Assembly (NCBI GenBank): GCA_964016885.1
Contig: OZ024740.1
Coordinates: 129,580,001-129,644,000, forward strand
DNA from: Eledone cirrhosa
Lineage: Eukaryota
Reading direction: 5' to 3'
Length of the DNA stretch: 64,000 nt
Shown here: positions 13,939-27,212 of the stretch, in pieces
Layout: the number at the start of each line of letters is the position of its first letter
Numbering within the stretch: the first letter of the stretch is position 1
Made by a program: the position numbers and the translations under genes
Notes under the pieces: model-generated
The model's database searches: none
What the model was told of the DNA's origin: nothing
What the model saw: the letters and a program-made list of their open reading frames with translations, nothing else

Positions 13939-16900
13939 GGTCTAATCGGACGTATTTTGCTCGCTCCCAGTAAGTAGCTTTATTTGCCTGATAAATTATA
14001 AATATTTTTTTGTTGTGTAAAGGATATAAACCCTTAGACTTTGCCCTGTGAAGGGGAAAGTATAATATTTGGGCCTTTTGGCCCAAATATGTGAACTTTT
14101 TTAAATGTTAAAAAATTTACGGAGAAAAATAAACATGGCTGAGCCACGACCAGCGATGTGTCTGCTGTCGTGCGACAACGACGTAGAAGTTGAGAGGAGC
14201 GCTACAGCGAAATTAACACAAATTGATAACACAAACACTACCATAAACAATATAAAGAAAGACACCAATGATACCAATGAGAACTCTAATTTTAAAAAAA
14301 ATGACAGTAAGAGCGACAACGAAAATACAGATAACAAAAAAATAAATAACAAATGCAACAACAATATCAACACCACTAACATGAAAACACATAGCGACAA
14401 CACCAACATCAACAATACCAGCTGCACCCAGAACAACGGTGGCAACAAAGACAACAGTGATAACAGCGACAGTGATAACAGCAACACCAACAAGAACAAC
14501 AACAACGACAACAACACCCCCAACGAAAACAAGAAGAACACTTTCGCTGCGGCAGTAGCCAGAAAGAGGCCATGCATCAACATGGACCTCTCAAACAAAG
14601 ATGAAAATTGGCCCAGGAATGGAAGCTCATCAAGTAAGAGCAAACTTGGGCCAACTTAACTGTTCCGGTAGAAGCTATTGAGGAAGTGGAGCGCAGAACG
14701 GTGCATTATAGATGCATCTCAGCTCAAACCTAAAGGGCAGCTTTAATCCCACAAGAAGATGTCGAAGTCGCGCTGAGGTGCATCAGAGAAGACATCGAAT
14801 ACATAGAGAGGGACAGACAGTACGGCCCGATGTCGGTGCTGTTCAACTCAGAAGCCCTCGCTATGAAACACGCTATGACTCCTTGCAAAACCAGCAAGGT
14901 CATAATGTACCCCTCCCACATGGGAAAAAGAACGGCTGTCTCTCATTCCCAGAATCCCACCAGGACTTGACATGTGGTGCCTTTTGGGATATGTGATTGT
15001 GGAGGGGACAGATACCGTCCCTATAGAAGTGACCAGAACGGCCACAGGGGACTGGTCCGGGGTTGAGCTGCAGATATTTCTCCCTATCAGGCCCGAGAAT
15101 GTGAAGACAATCCCGGACCAGATCTGCCTTCAGAATGGGACGGTCATTCAGATTATGACCGAAGGCAAAGTCGCAGTGTTTTGTTTGTGGGGAAAAAACC
15201 TAATTGTGAGCCTTCTGCCCTCAACTGCTGAAAGAGACAAGTGGTCGAAAGGCTCCACTGCGGCCGACGCCGTGGCGAGGACCACAACCAACACCAGCAC
15301 CGGCAAAACCACCAACAAAAACACCAATAGAAAAAAACACCACCAACATTGACCACCCAGGGGGGAAACGAGGAAAGCTGTTAAATTCCCCCTTCCCTAA
15401 AAAATACACACACCATTAAATCCATAGACATACACACAGACACACTTACAGACACAGACCCCTCATCTAGTGAAGATGAGGGAAAACCAAAATCCCCCAA
15501 AATACAAAAAAGGAAACACAAAAAGAAAAAAAAAACTCAACAAAGCACAAAATCACCCACAATAAAAAACGCAGACACCACCCACGCAAACATCTCTCCA
15601 ATAACACCAACATCAACACCACAATCACCATCACCAGAATCACCCAAACGCAAAACAACCTAAACAGACGCAAGAACATATATACATACAAACATCTGAA
15701 ACCACAGACACCGTACTCACAACAAACACAGACAACCGAAACAACACCACCAAAACCATCACCACCACGGCCACGCAAACAAATAAAATCACACCAACAA
15801 AAGATACAAAACTTCGTGCTCGTCAGGAGGGCCAACAAGTAACTGATGGCCCTCGTAGCACGAAGTGAAACTATAACCTGCCAACATCGCCGTATTAATA
15901 GTAGGATGTTTAAATGTTCGAGGCCTGGGATCATCCTCGAAGCAGGGTCACCTGCTCAATGACCTCAAAATGGATGAAATTGCCGTCAGCGAAACCAGGA
16001 TTTCCGAGACGCGCTCACTAGCTCCCATTTTCGACGACTATCAGATCTTTGCATCTGTTAGCCGGCCAGGAATGGGAGGCGGGGTGGCAGTGCTGTTTAG
16101 AAAAGAGCTGGATCTCGAGGTAAGGTCGATCTTCCGGGACCCGAACGGGAAGTTGGTGGTCCTGGACGTGAACAATAACGAAGGCGGTGCCTTTAGACTG
16201 GTGGCAGGACGGCCGGACTTTTTTTAACGCCTTGAAGCCTTTCTGGGCACGTCTGGCCCTTTTCTGCTAGCGGGGGACTGGAACGGCATCTTAGATGCAC
16301 GCTGGGACTGTGTGGGAGTATCCGATAGGAGCGGGGATGCAAAAGCCTCAATACCTGGTCAGCCAGTCCCAACTGTCCGACAGTTACCGACTAGATTTCC
16401 CTAATGCGCCAGTGTGGATCTGGGTTAACCACATTGGGTCATCTAGATCGTATATAGACAGGATGTTCATTAGTAAAATAGACAGAAATAGTGTAAGCTG
16501 TCCACGTTTTGAAACGGTCGCCTATTCAGATCACAAGTTTGTGATCTGTATGGTCGACCTAGATAAGACGCGGGGGTTGGGACCTGGTTACTGGAAGCTA
16601 AACATGTCATTTCCGGCACTTAAAGCTTACAGTGACCAGGTCAACAATTTAGTTAAAAAAGTTGACAGGGGGAGTCGTTAAAAATAGACTGTGGGGGGCG
16701 GCTCTCAAAAGGGAGATAAGAGTAATGTCGATAGAGTTTAGCAAAGAAGTAGCGTTAGAGAAAAATAGAAAGGAGGGGGAGTTGGTAGATAAGTTAGACG
16801 AGGCTATTGGTAGTGCATTTCAACTGACGTGCTAGCGCCGAGAATGGCATTAGACCATTTCTTCAATGCGAAACAGGAAGGTTGCATTGTCAGAGCTCAG

Positions 16901-19072
16901 GCGCGTGCTCTGAGAAACGAAGGAATCAAAGCTGTTCGATGGGCCCGCGTGGCAGAGGCGCAGCGTTGTAATAAAACCACGATTCGGTTTATGACGGACC
17001 CAGACGGACACGAGCTGAACGATTCCAGGCGGTGTGTGAAGCATTTCGCCAACATTTTGCTCGGTATCTCGGGGGGAGTGGCGGGTCAGAGATGGTGGCC
17101 GAGGTCAGTCCCTACCTCGATGGCTTGTCGCAACTCTCGACGGCTGACGCTGGGCGCTGCGAAAGGCCAATTACTTCAGCCGAGATTCAGGATGCCCTTG
17201 TCGGCTGCATGAGGCGCAAGTCACCCGGTCTAGATGGTCTGCCCTACGAGCTTTACGTAAATATGTAAGACTTGTTCTCCAATCTTCTCGAAGCCCGGGG
17301 CGTAGTGACGCTGATAAGGAAACACGAGAACAAGAGGGACACATTAGAGAATTTCAGGCCCATAACTCTGCTCAACACAGAGTTTAAGATATTGGCCAGG
17401 GTGTTAGCGAAGTCGTTGGCGCTTTTCGTCGGGTATTTGGTTGGGGAGGCGCAAACTTGCGCAATCCCAACCAGGTCCATACACGACAACCTCCTCCTAA
17501 TACGATACATCATAGATAGGGTAGGGTGTAAACCTGGCTTCGGTGGGGCTCTGATCAATTTAGTTCAATCGAAAGTATTGGATAGGGTCGACCATCGGTA
17601 CCTAGAGGCTGTCCTCAAGGCGGGTGGCTTTGGCCCCGTCTTCAGAAGCTGGATCGCTGCAATGCACAGAGGCACCTGCTCATTGGTCAAAATTAATGGC
17701 CACCACTCGGTAACGTTTCAGGACTCCCGATCAGTCAGTCAAGGGTGCCCTCTCTCCTCCCTTCTGTACGTATTGACTCTCGAGCCTTTACTGCGGAAGC
17801 TGGAGCTGTTGCAGGGCATCCCGCTCGAACTCCGTTTGCCCCTCGACATCTTGGAGCGGCGCCTCTTCAAATTCTTGTGGAGGAGTCACGTTCCGCTGGT
17901 GAGGCGGTCCATCTGCTGCCAGCACCCTCTACGTGGAGGGCTGCGCATGCCGTGGCTAATGATGCGCAGGCACGCGCTGAGGCTGCGGCATCTCCGGATA
18001 TTCTGCCTAAACGGTGAACAGGCGTGGTCGCCGTTTGTCAGACGGGCCTTTCCGCAGCTCGTTTCTTTGACTGCGCTGCAGTCCTGGGTCAAGAAGAGAC
18101 CCAGACTGGGTGACTGGCATCTGGAATGTTGCCAGGCACTCACTGCCCTCTGCCAGGCGAGCAATGCGGTCAGTGGGACTTCCACTCTCGAGTTCTATAG
18201 AGGATTAGTGCCGGGGAAGTGCGACGACGCACTCGGAGAGGCTCTGAGAGTAAACGAAGTCGTACTAACCAGTATTTACCGGAGGACTTTCGAATCGGGG
18301 ACGTTGGATAATTTCCAAAAATCCCTCGCTTGGCAGTGTTACCGGGGGTGAGGGGGGGGGGCACTGTCGGCTTGAGAGAAACTATATAGGCACGGAAGTG
18401 CTGTCAAGCGGACCTGCCCGAGATGCACGCAGAGCGACCGAACCGTCCTGCACGCACTCGTCCAGTGTCCGTGGAGTTATGTTGAACAGCTGTTGTCGCG
18501 TGTAGAACGGATCCGGCTATCGGCCGAGTCCATAGTGAAGATCGACCCTCCGCCTTCTTTTGGCCAGGAAGGGCAGGCAATTTTCCTCTGTCTGGTGGCA
18601 GTAACGAAAGGGTTTGTATGGGGGACGAGGTTGAAAGGACTGAAGACAGACACTCTTCTCTTCGGCCAATCCCTCATCAACTTTTTCAAGTTTCACTTGG
18701 AAAGGAAAGTGAGGGTGGAGAGAGAAGTGCTGCCCCCCAGTACATTTTCTGAAAGGTGGGTGAATGTGGCGAGAATGGCCCGTGTGAGTGGACCTACTCT
18801 CGTCATGCCGCTGTAGGTAGGTAAATTTGAAGAGGAAAGGGGATGCCCTTCCAGGGTGCTCTCGAAGCGTCTGGTCGTTCAGGATTGGTGGGGTACCTGA
18901 GCGAACCCTGGGTGGTCATCCCCCTTATTGGGGAAGTTTTTCTTGCTGTAATTTTATTGTTACTTTGTTATTCTTATTCATATTGTTTACTCGATTTTTC
19001 TGTAAAACCCCACCGTCCCAGTCTTTTGTATTGTCCCCTATATGTCGGCCCTTTTGGCCAATAAATGAAATC
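13939..19072 (+). mobile_element. Tx1/L1-clade LINE, near full span but decayed (copy T1)
   Basis: Short 5' UTR, broken N/T-rich ORF1, APE fragments (VSETR, LAGDWNGI, SYIDR, SDH, GYWKLN), RT fragments (KSPGLDG, FRPITLLN, QGCPLS), C-terminal CPRC..H..C and AATAAA. (ATT)n lies on both sides. Confidence 0.93.
15890..18816 (+). pseudogene. Tx1 ORF2 (APE endonuclease-RT-zinc knuckle), multiply frameshifted with the YADD region deleted
   Basis: Collinear with the ORF2 at 41017-44436, but GIPLEL is joined directly to RLPLDILERRLF, removing the catalytic YADD block. Several stops and frameshifts. Confidence 0.9.
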
Positions 19073-19139
19073 ATTATTATTATTATTATTATTATTGTTA
19101 CTATTATTATTACTTTATTTTCTTTTTTTTTCCCAATTC

Positions 19140-22100
19140 AATGATGTTCCAGAACAATACGAAAGAGATATTGGCAATTTAGGTTCTGGAACAAAAAAGA
19201 TAATTGGCAATAAGGGCAGGGGCCCCAGGTTATCACAACCTGGGACCGCTCGTCATCGTGCTATTGTAATAGAGCCAAACAAGGCATTTAGTCTTGGCTG
19301 CTGGAACGTACGGGCGCTGCTTCACAGGGATTCCTTGGAGCGTCCTGAACGAAGGACCGCTCTTGTTGCAAAAGAGCTTCGACGTTCTGATCTTTACATG
19401 GTGGCTTTATCTGAGACGAGGGTAGCCGGAGATGGTCATCTTTCGGAATTGTGTGGGGAATATACATTCTTCGGGAAAGGAAGAGATGAAGGAACCAGAA
19501 GAGAGGATGGGGTAGGATTTGCTGTTAAGAGTGTTCTTGTGAATACATTAGAAGAATTCCCAGTAGGGATTAGTGAGCGTCTATGAGAATTCCGCTGGAC
19601 AAAGGAAGATATGCCACCCTGGTGATTGTGCATGTTCCAACTATGGATTCTGTCGATGAAGAAAAAGTGTCCTTTTATCATGCCTTGAAAGGTGTTTCAA
19701 GAAATATCCCTCAGGCAGACAAAGTCATCGTGCTTGGTGAATTTAATGCTAGAGTGGGTAGGGATATTAGGACATGGAATGTAATTGGAAGGCATGGGGT
19801 GGGAAAGTGTAACAACAATGGTATGCTCCTGCTGCAGATGTGTGAGGAGCTGGATCTGTGTTTTACCAACACCATGTTCCAACAAAAGAACAAATTCAAG
19901 ACCACATGGATGCATCCTGCATCTAAGGAATGGCATCTTTTTGGACTACGTCCTAGTCAAGATGGGTGACAGACAGGATGTGCAGTTTGTTTGTGCTCTT
20001 TGTGGAGCTGAGTGCTGGACGGACCACCGCCAAGTACGCGCAAAAGTGAAACTAATCACTAAACTTACAATCCGGGCTCCTGGTGTTGCCCTGCCCAAAA
20101 GAGTGAATGCTGCTCGTCTTAAGGATACAAATGTGAAGAGGACATTGGAAGAAGAGATGCAGGTTGCAGATCTTAGTGAGGATTGGCCGATCCTTAACAA
20201 ATCAGCTTATGATGTAGGCAGGCGTGTTCTGGGATTGGTGCAGAGAAAACATCAGGACTGGTTTAATGAGAATGATGTACATATAGAATACTTGTTGGCT
20301 GATAAGAGGCGTGCTCTGTCACGCTACTTGACCGCAAAACCATAGAAGAGGAATGCGTTGCATGAGGAACTCAAGGATATAAAATCACGTGTTAGGCGGA
20401 GTCTTTCTCAGATGACAGATCAGTGGTGGAGTGAGAAGGCTGGTAAGATACAAACTGCGTCAGATTCCAATAACACAATGCTGTTGTACAGTCTCTGGCG
20501 TGAGGTTTATGGACCGTCTTCTTCTCTGGTGAAACCGCTTCGCAGCAAGGATGACAAAGAACTTCTTAGTGACTCACAAGGAATTCTACGAAGGTTGCGA
20601 GAGCACTTTCATTATCTTTTGAATCAACTGTTTGTCGTCAATGAAGATTTCCTGAATCTCATTCCAGAAACTCCTGTGAAAGTAGCTCTCGCAGAACCTC
20701 CGACACTTGTGGTGCTTGCAGTGGCTATCTCTTAGCTGAACAGTGGAAGGTCCCCAGGTATGGATGGCATACATGCTGAGCTCCTAGAATATGGTGGTGA
20801 GAGACTCCTGCAACATCTTCACTCTTTGTTTGGCAGGATATGGGCTAATGAATTCGTACCTGAAGACTGTAGAGATGCAGTAACGGTGGTCTTGTTCAAG
20901 GGAAAGGGTAACAGGAATGATTGTGGGAACTACAGAGGTATATCATTGTTTCTGTCGTAGGGAAAGTTTTATGTAGGGTGCTTCTGGACCGTCTGTTGAC
21001 ACACATTGCAGATTGTGTTCTTCCTGAAAGTCAATCTGGTTTTCGTGCTAGGCGCGGCACGACTGATATGATCTTCTCAGCTAGACAGCTCCAGGAGAAG
21101 TGCATGGAACAAGGTTTGGATCTGTATCAGGTTTTTGTCGATCTGACAAAAGCTATCGATACTTTTAACAGAAATGCATTATGGAAGGTTCTCCAGAAAC
21201 TTGGTTGCCCTGATAAGTTCCTTGCTTTAGTTAGGTCTTTCCATGACGACATGAAGGCTTGGGTTAATGTCGGAGGTAATATGTCGGAGGCTATCTCAGT
21301 AAAAAATGGAGTGAAACAGGGTGATATTCCAGCACCGACCCTGTTTGCCATATATTTTGCAATGGTTTTCTGTATTGCATTCAGGAATTGGGAGCATGGT
21401 GTTTCCATCCGATATCGAACCTCAGGCAGCATATTTAACATCAGGCGCTTTGCTTCAAAGACAAAATTATTTACATCAATCATATGAGACCTCTTGCATG
21501 CAGATGATTGCGATCGTGTAGCGAACACAGATAGTGATATGCAGCACATTTTGAATGCATTTTCTGACGCTTGCACTGCCCTAGGATTGACTGTCAGTCT
21601 CAAGAAAACCCTCCTCATGTACCACCCTGCCCCTGGTAAGCAGTACACTTAACCAAATATCTATGTGTATGGTAAACGACTTGGAGTGGTTGATCCGTTT
21701 GTCTACCTGGGAAGCACTGTCAATCGATACAGCAACCATGATAGTGAAATCTCACTTAGGATTAGGAAAGCAAGTGATGCTTTCGGAAAGCTAGAAAGGC
21801 GACTCTGGGGTCGGCGACACATATGCAAGAAGACAAAGGTAAATGTGTACAAGGCATGTGTGCTCTCTTCTCTTCTTTATGCCTGCGAGACCTGGGTCAC
21901 ATATCGACACCACCTTAAGCAATTGGAGCGTTTCCATCAGATGTGTCTCAGACGGATCCCTGGCATTCACTGGAGGGATCACATCAGTGTTATCGAGATT
22001 TTGGAAAGCTCTATGTGTGACAGTATAGAAGCTCTTGGGCTTAAGCAACGATTCCGTTGGAGTGGTCACCTTGCCAGGATGAAGGATTCTAGAATTCCCA

Positions 22101-22727
22101 AACAACTCTTTTATGGAGAGTTAGTTAAAGGAAAACGACTGCCACATAAACCAAAAAAGAGGTATAAGGATTCCTTGAAAGCCTCTTTGAAAGACGCTAA
22201 CATCTCTGCTGATACATGGGAAAATATTGCTGCTGATCGTAATAATTGGAGAAAGACTGTATATGAGGGAAAAGTTGCCTTTAAGGCATCACGAATCGCA
22301 TACCAGAAAGTAAAGCGAGATGTGAGGAAGGGCATTGCTGTTACACTTCCAGATGGAGAGGGTCCTCCTATGGTGCTGACATGCAGCGTCTGTGCGAGAC
22401 TCTGGCTAAGCAGAGTTGGACTCGAAAGTCATCTTCGCAGTCATAAAGTAAGACCTGTGGTTGACTACCAGGCTGCTCTTGAAGATGCAACTCATCATGC
22501 TTGCCAAGCATGTGGTAGAGAATGTAAATCATCAGGAGGGTTCAAACAACATGCAAAAGTACATGAACTCCAACAACAGCCGGCTATTCCCAGTGAATGT
22601 TTTGGTTGGCGACTCTGTGCAAGACATTTTAGATCATTGGCTGGGCTAAAAAGCCACATTCGATCGCAGCGCTGTTAGTTGCTATCGTGTGTGTGTGTGT
22701 GTATAGATATGTTTGTGTGTGCGTGTT

Positions 22728-22788
<61 letters not shown>

Positions 22789-22868
22789 ATTATTATTGTT
22801 GTTGTTGTCGTTATTATTATTGTTGTTATTATGATTATTATTGTTATTAATATATATGTGTATATATA

Positions 22869-22965
<97 letters not shown>

Positions 22966-23020
22966 ATGTATTTTTTGTTCTCGTGCAATGGCCATACTCG
23001 ATAGCGAGGGGCAGCCATCA
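19140..23020 (+). mobile_element. RTE-clade LINE, decayed, single APE-RT ORF with C-terminal C2H2 fingers
   Basis: GCWNVRAL..RPERRTALVA.EL, ALSETR, NYRGISL, LPESQSGFR, GVKQGD..APTLF, LHADD, FVYLGS and RIPKQLFYGEL. A candidate 3' end atggccatactcgatagcgagggg precedes (TGTA)n. Confidence 0.92.
22687..22968. repeat. Compound (GT)n/(AT)n/(TAT)n microsatellite
   Basis: Direct inspection. Confidence 0.95.
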
Positions 23021-23608
23021 TGTATGTATGTATGTGTGTATGTTTGTTTGAGTGTAAGTGCGTAAGTATGTAACTTTGTATGTATATGTGTATATATGTA
23101 TGTTTGTTTGTATATGTATATATGTGTATGTATGTATCTATGTATGTAAACGTGTGTGTGTATATATATATATATATAACGGCGATGAATTAGTTTGCGA
23201 GGTTTTTTATATGAAATCGTGTGTCGAAACAAATACACAGTCACCCAAACTCAATATACACACGCAAACGCATGCGCAGAGCAGAAGGCAAATATAAATA
23301 AATAAATAAATAAATAAACAGACTAAATAAAGATGGCGTATGCATACAATACAACGGGAGGAAACATAATAGCACGACGGACGATGTCGCAGATGTGCAA
23401 CGAAAGAACTTTTTTAGACTATATATATGTGTTTGTGTCTATATTACATCTGTATGCTTGACCTTTAGTCAGTCAATGGTAACATTCAGGACCGAATAAA
23501 TAAAATTAACCGATATAAAAAACACAAAAGCGAAAACCAACCAAACAATGAGTGTGTTCTGTTATTAATTCTGGCAATATTATTACACAAATAAGACCCT
23601 CCCCAAGT

Positions 23609-23640
<32 letters not shown>

Positions 23641-23709
23641 TATGAAGAGAGAAGAAACATTTAGATATAATTAGTAATAAAATGTATCATACCTAAACTG
23701 CTCCTAAAT

Positions 23710-23799
23710 TCCTCGACTACGTAGTTTCGTGGCATAAACAAAAACAATATATCATAAAGATATAGAGTCCTTGCGAGGTCTGCCGACTTATCAAGAGGA
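23710..23799 (-). ncRNA. Type I hammerhead ribozyme, U3-A8 core variant
   Basis: Reverse complement of the motif at 24636-24725. Confidence 0.82.
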
Positions 23800-24635
23800 T
23801 ACCTCATTTTACTAGTCTCAAGAACGCGTCTACACGACGTGAGAAAGAATCCCAAAAGGCGGAGGGAGAGATAGTCACGCGATATAACGGTCGAGAAACA
23901 GAGCTAAGCCTCTTATAACCCCGAAGAAAATACCACGGAGGCGGAGGGGGTATTTATATCGAGGCCGTAGAAGAGGTGGCGAAGAAGGCGAGAAGTATGA
24001 GTAATGGAAGCTATCCAGCTGTCCCCACACTTCAAAGATTGCTCGACCAGAGGGAGTTATTAACAATATATTTAGAAACACACAGATACATGCGGACACA
24101 CACATATATACATGAATGCATCCGCACCCAACTGTGAGTTAAGGGTGCCAACTGCACCGATGTTGCTCAATGAATGACTGGGACAGACCAATTCAGTTGA
24201 ACCAGACTGAACCAGTATCAGAGTTAAAAATACATTATGAAGAGAGAAGAAACATTTAGATATAATTAGCAACATCGGTGAAGTTGGCACCCTTAACTCA
24301 CAGTTGGGTGCGGATGCATTCATGTATATATGTGTGTGTCCGCATGTATCTGTGTGTTTCTAAATATATTGTTAATAACTCCCTCTGGTCGAGCAATCTT
24401 TGAAGTGTGGGGACAGCTGGATAGTTTCCATTACTCATACTTCTCGCCTTCTTCTCCACCTCTTCTACGGCCTCGATATAAATACCCCCTCCGCCTCCGT
24501 GGTATTTTCTTCGGGGTTAAAAGAGGCTTAGCTCTGTTTCTCGACCGTTATATCGCGTGACTATCTCCCCCTCCGCCTTTTGGGATTCTTTCTCACGTCG
24601 TGTAGAGGCGTTCTTGAGACTAGTAAAATGAGGTA

Positions 24636-24725
24636 TCCTCTTGATAAGTCGGCAGACCTCGCAAGGACTCTATATCTTTATGATATATTGTTTTTGTTTA
24701 TGCCACGAAACTACGTAGTCGAGGA
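24636..24725 (+). ncRNA. Type I hammerhead ribozyme, U3-A8 core variant
   Basis: TCCTC-TTGATAA-GT(C)GGCA...TGCCAC-GAAA-CTA-CG-TAG-TC-GAGGA: stems I, II and III close around the core, with a GUC cleavage triplet ending at 24720. Confidence 0.85.
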
Positions 24726-24966
24726 ATTTAGGAGCAGTTTAGGTATGATACATTTTATTACTAATTATATCTAAATGTTTCTTCTCTCTTCATAATGTAT
24801 TTTTAACTCTGATACTGGTTCAGTCTGGTTCAACTGAACTGGTCTGTCCCAGTCATTCATTGAGCAACATCGGTGAAGTTGGCACCCTTAACTCACAGTT
24901 GGGTGCGGATGCATTCATGTATATATGTGTGTGTCCGCACGTATCTGCGTGTTTCTAAATATATTG

Positions 24967-25057
<91 letters not shown>

Positions 25058-25403
25058 TATATGTGTATATATATATATATGTATATGTATGTACATCTAC
25101 ATATATATGTATGCACTCATTTATGTGTGTACATGTATGTATTTATATGTACGTAATGTACCTGTGTATGCGTGTGCATACATGTATGTACCCAGCCATC
25201 CAAACTTATAGAGTTATAATAACATTTTACAATTATGGTACACACGTATAACTGTATTGTGGTTAACTTATTGTTACTATATGTTGTTATTCTTATTTCA
25301 TTTAGAGCCAACCTTCGTCTCAGGTACATAGCTTAATATGTAAATCATAAACAACGACTTTGGTAGTTCCGGCCGCTTTCCTAGTCGCTAAATAGGTCGT
25401 GAT

Positions 25404-25438
<35 letters not shown>

Positions 25439-25714
25439 CACACACATACACACACACACATATATCTCTCTCTCTATATATATACATGCATATACACATA
25501 TACATATATTTGTTTGCGTGTGTGTTATTATGTATTATGTATGTATATATGTATTGGTATGTGTATACGTATATATGTATCTATGTATCTGTGTGTTCGG
25601 CAATCTCTCCGTACGTTACATAGAATGACGAACTCACACACACATGCATATTGTAAATGGTCTGCTTTAGCGACTACGAAATCTAGTAGAAACTACCTAA
25701 GACATTCTTTATTA

Positions 25715-25895
25715 TTATCGGTATAGCGCCAAACAACATACTTTGCGATATATCGTTACGGCATTTTACGTTCTGAGTTCAAATCTTGTCGAGGTTAGCT
25801 TTACCTTTCATCCTTACGGGGTCGATAAAATGAAGTACCATTAACGCACTGGGGTCGATATAATCAACTTTTCCCTCTCCTGAAATTGTTGACCC
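25715..25895 (+). mobile_element. tRNA-derived SINE, degenerate copy
   Basis: gttctgagttcaaatc (B box)...tttcatccttacggggtcgataaaatgaagtacca. Confidence 0.85.
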
Positions 25896-26726
25896 GGGAC
25901 TGGTGGGGTAATTTGCAGTTCCTAGTTTGAACCTGAAAATGCTAGCGACCCTATGTGCCCATACTGGATTTTCAATAGTAACCTTTGCTAGATGTGTTTA
26001 TAGCAGATCATTTTTTCTGTGGAACTATCAATGTTTAAGTCACAAGTCCTTCTTTCATCCGGCTTTCTTCATTCAGAGTGAATAAGCTGGGGAAGTTTGA
26101 CTTCGAAGAGTATCGAACATATTCAACAAACTTATGTATACATATAGCAAACTTACATTAGCGCTCAAGAACAAACACAGAACAATTGAGGTAGTGATCG
26201 CAATTATTGAAGAAATTATAACCGAGTGAACATATTCAGGTACTGTTCAAGTACCCTGTATATCACCGTTTGTAAAGCCCTTCGAATGACAGAAGCAATT
26301 CAATAAATCCATCCCGTTTCCCCACGATAGTAGACATAATCCGAGAAAACACCCCATAATAAGTTGGATAAACAATCAGAAGTGTTGGCTCTGAAGACGG
26401 CATTGTAACGTTTACTGTTGCAAAGGGTCAATAATGGGGGAGAAGTTACATCTTTTTAATTCGTGTTAATTTTCCCACGATCCGACACCTCGAAATATCG
26501 ACAAAATATAATCAACTTTCAAAGACGGAATGTTACAATTAATATGCCGAGAGTAAGAATATTCGTCAACATACGATTTGGGTTTTATGCTTTGGACCAA
26601 TTTTATGGTAAGCCAATTTCTAGGTCATTGATCGCCACACTTTTTTATAACTTGTCACAGATTCCTGCAATTGAGCTTAATGTGATCTAAGAGTGTGCAC
26701 GTGTTAAGAATCCATATCAGTGGGTC

Positions 26727-26788
<62 letters not shown>

Positions 26789-27039
26789 GCGCGCGCGCGT
26801 GTGTGTGTGTGTGTGTGTATACAGAGACATTTATTCAGTCTGCTTTGTTTGACATTTCTTTTTGTTTATTTCTAATAAGTTGTTGCCTCGTTTTGGAGGA
26901 CTGAATTGTGGGAGGAGGAAGGGGAGTAGTAGGATGGAGGGTTTAACATATAATAGTAATATCTCTTCTTACCCCTCTCTCACTGAAACGTCTTCTCTTT
27001 CCTCCTCCATTGTAAAGTTGTCCCCAAGGGTTCCATTAT

Positions 27040-27212
27040 TCAAATCCAATTAGCCAGTCCTGTTTCTGAATATTAGATTAACATGTGTGTAAAGATTCCT
27101 CAGGATCGGATAAGTGGTGTAGGTGCCAACTGGTTATACACAGATTACACAGGAACACAGATATACAGATACACACAGACAAATAGAAATTGCCATTTAT
27201 ATAATATATATA
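27040..27212 (+). mobile_element. Possible 3' part of a HINE/Helitron-like non-autonomous element
   Basis: aacatgtgtgtaaag...gatcggataagtgg...acacacagacaa...tatatatag has the same end architecture as 11925-12018. Confidence 0.4.

Larger units (their letters stand above)
23635..24969. mobile_element. Inverted pair of a non-coding unit of about 595 bp with terminal redundancy (Penelope pseudo-LTR or retrozyme-like)
   Basis: 23635-24269 is a circularly permuted reverse complement of 24268-24969. Each arm repeats its own start at its end and carries one hammerhead motif. (TA)n flanks both sides. Confidence 0.85.

Noticed and set aside
23661-24774. Duplicated 64-aa and 76-aa ORFs on opposite strands
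   Set aside because: A by-product of the inverted repeat; non-ATG or microsatellite starts and no protein features.
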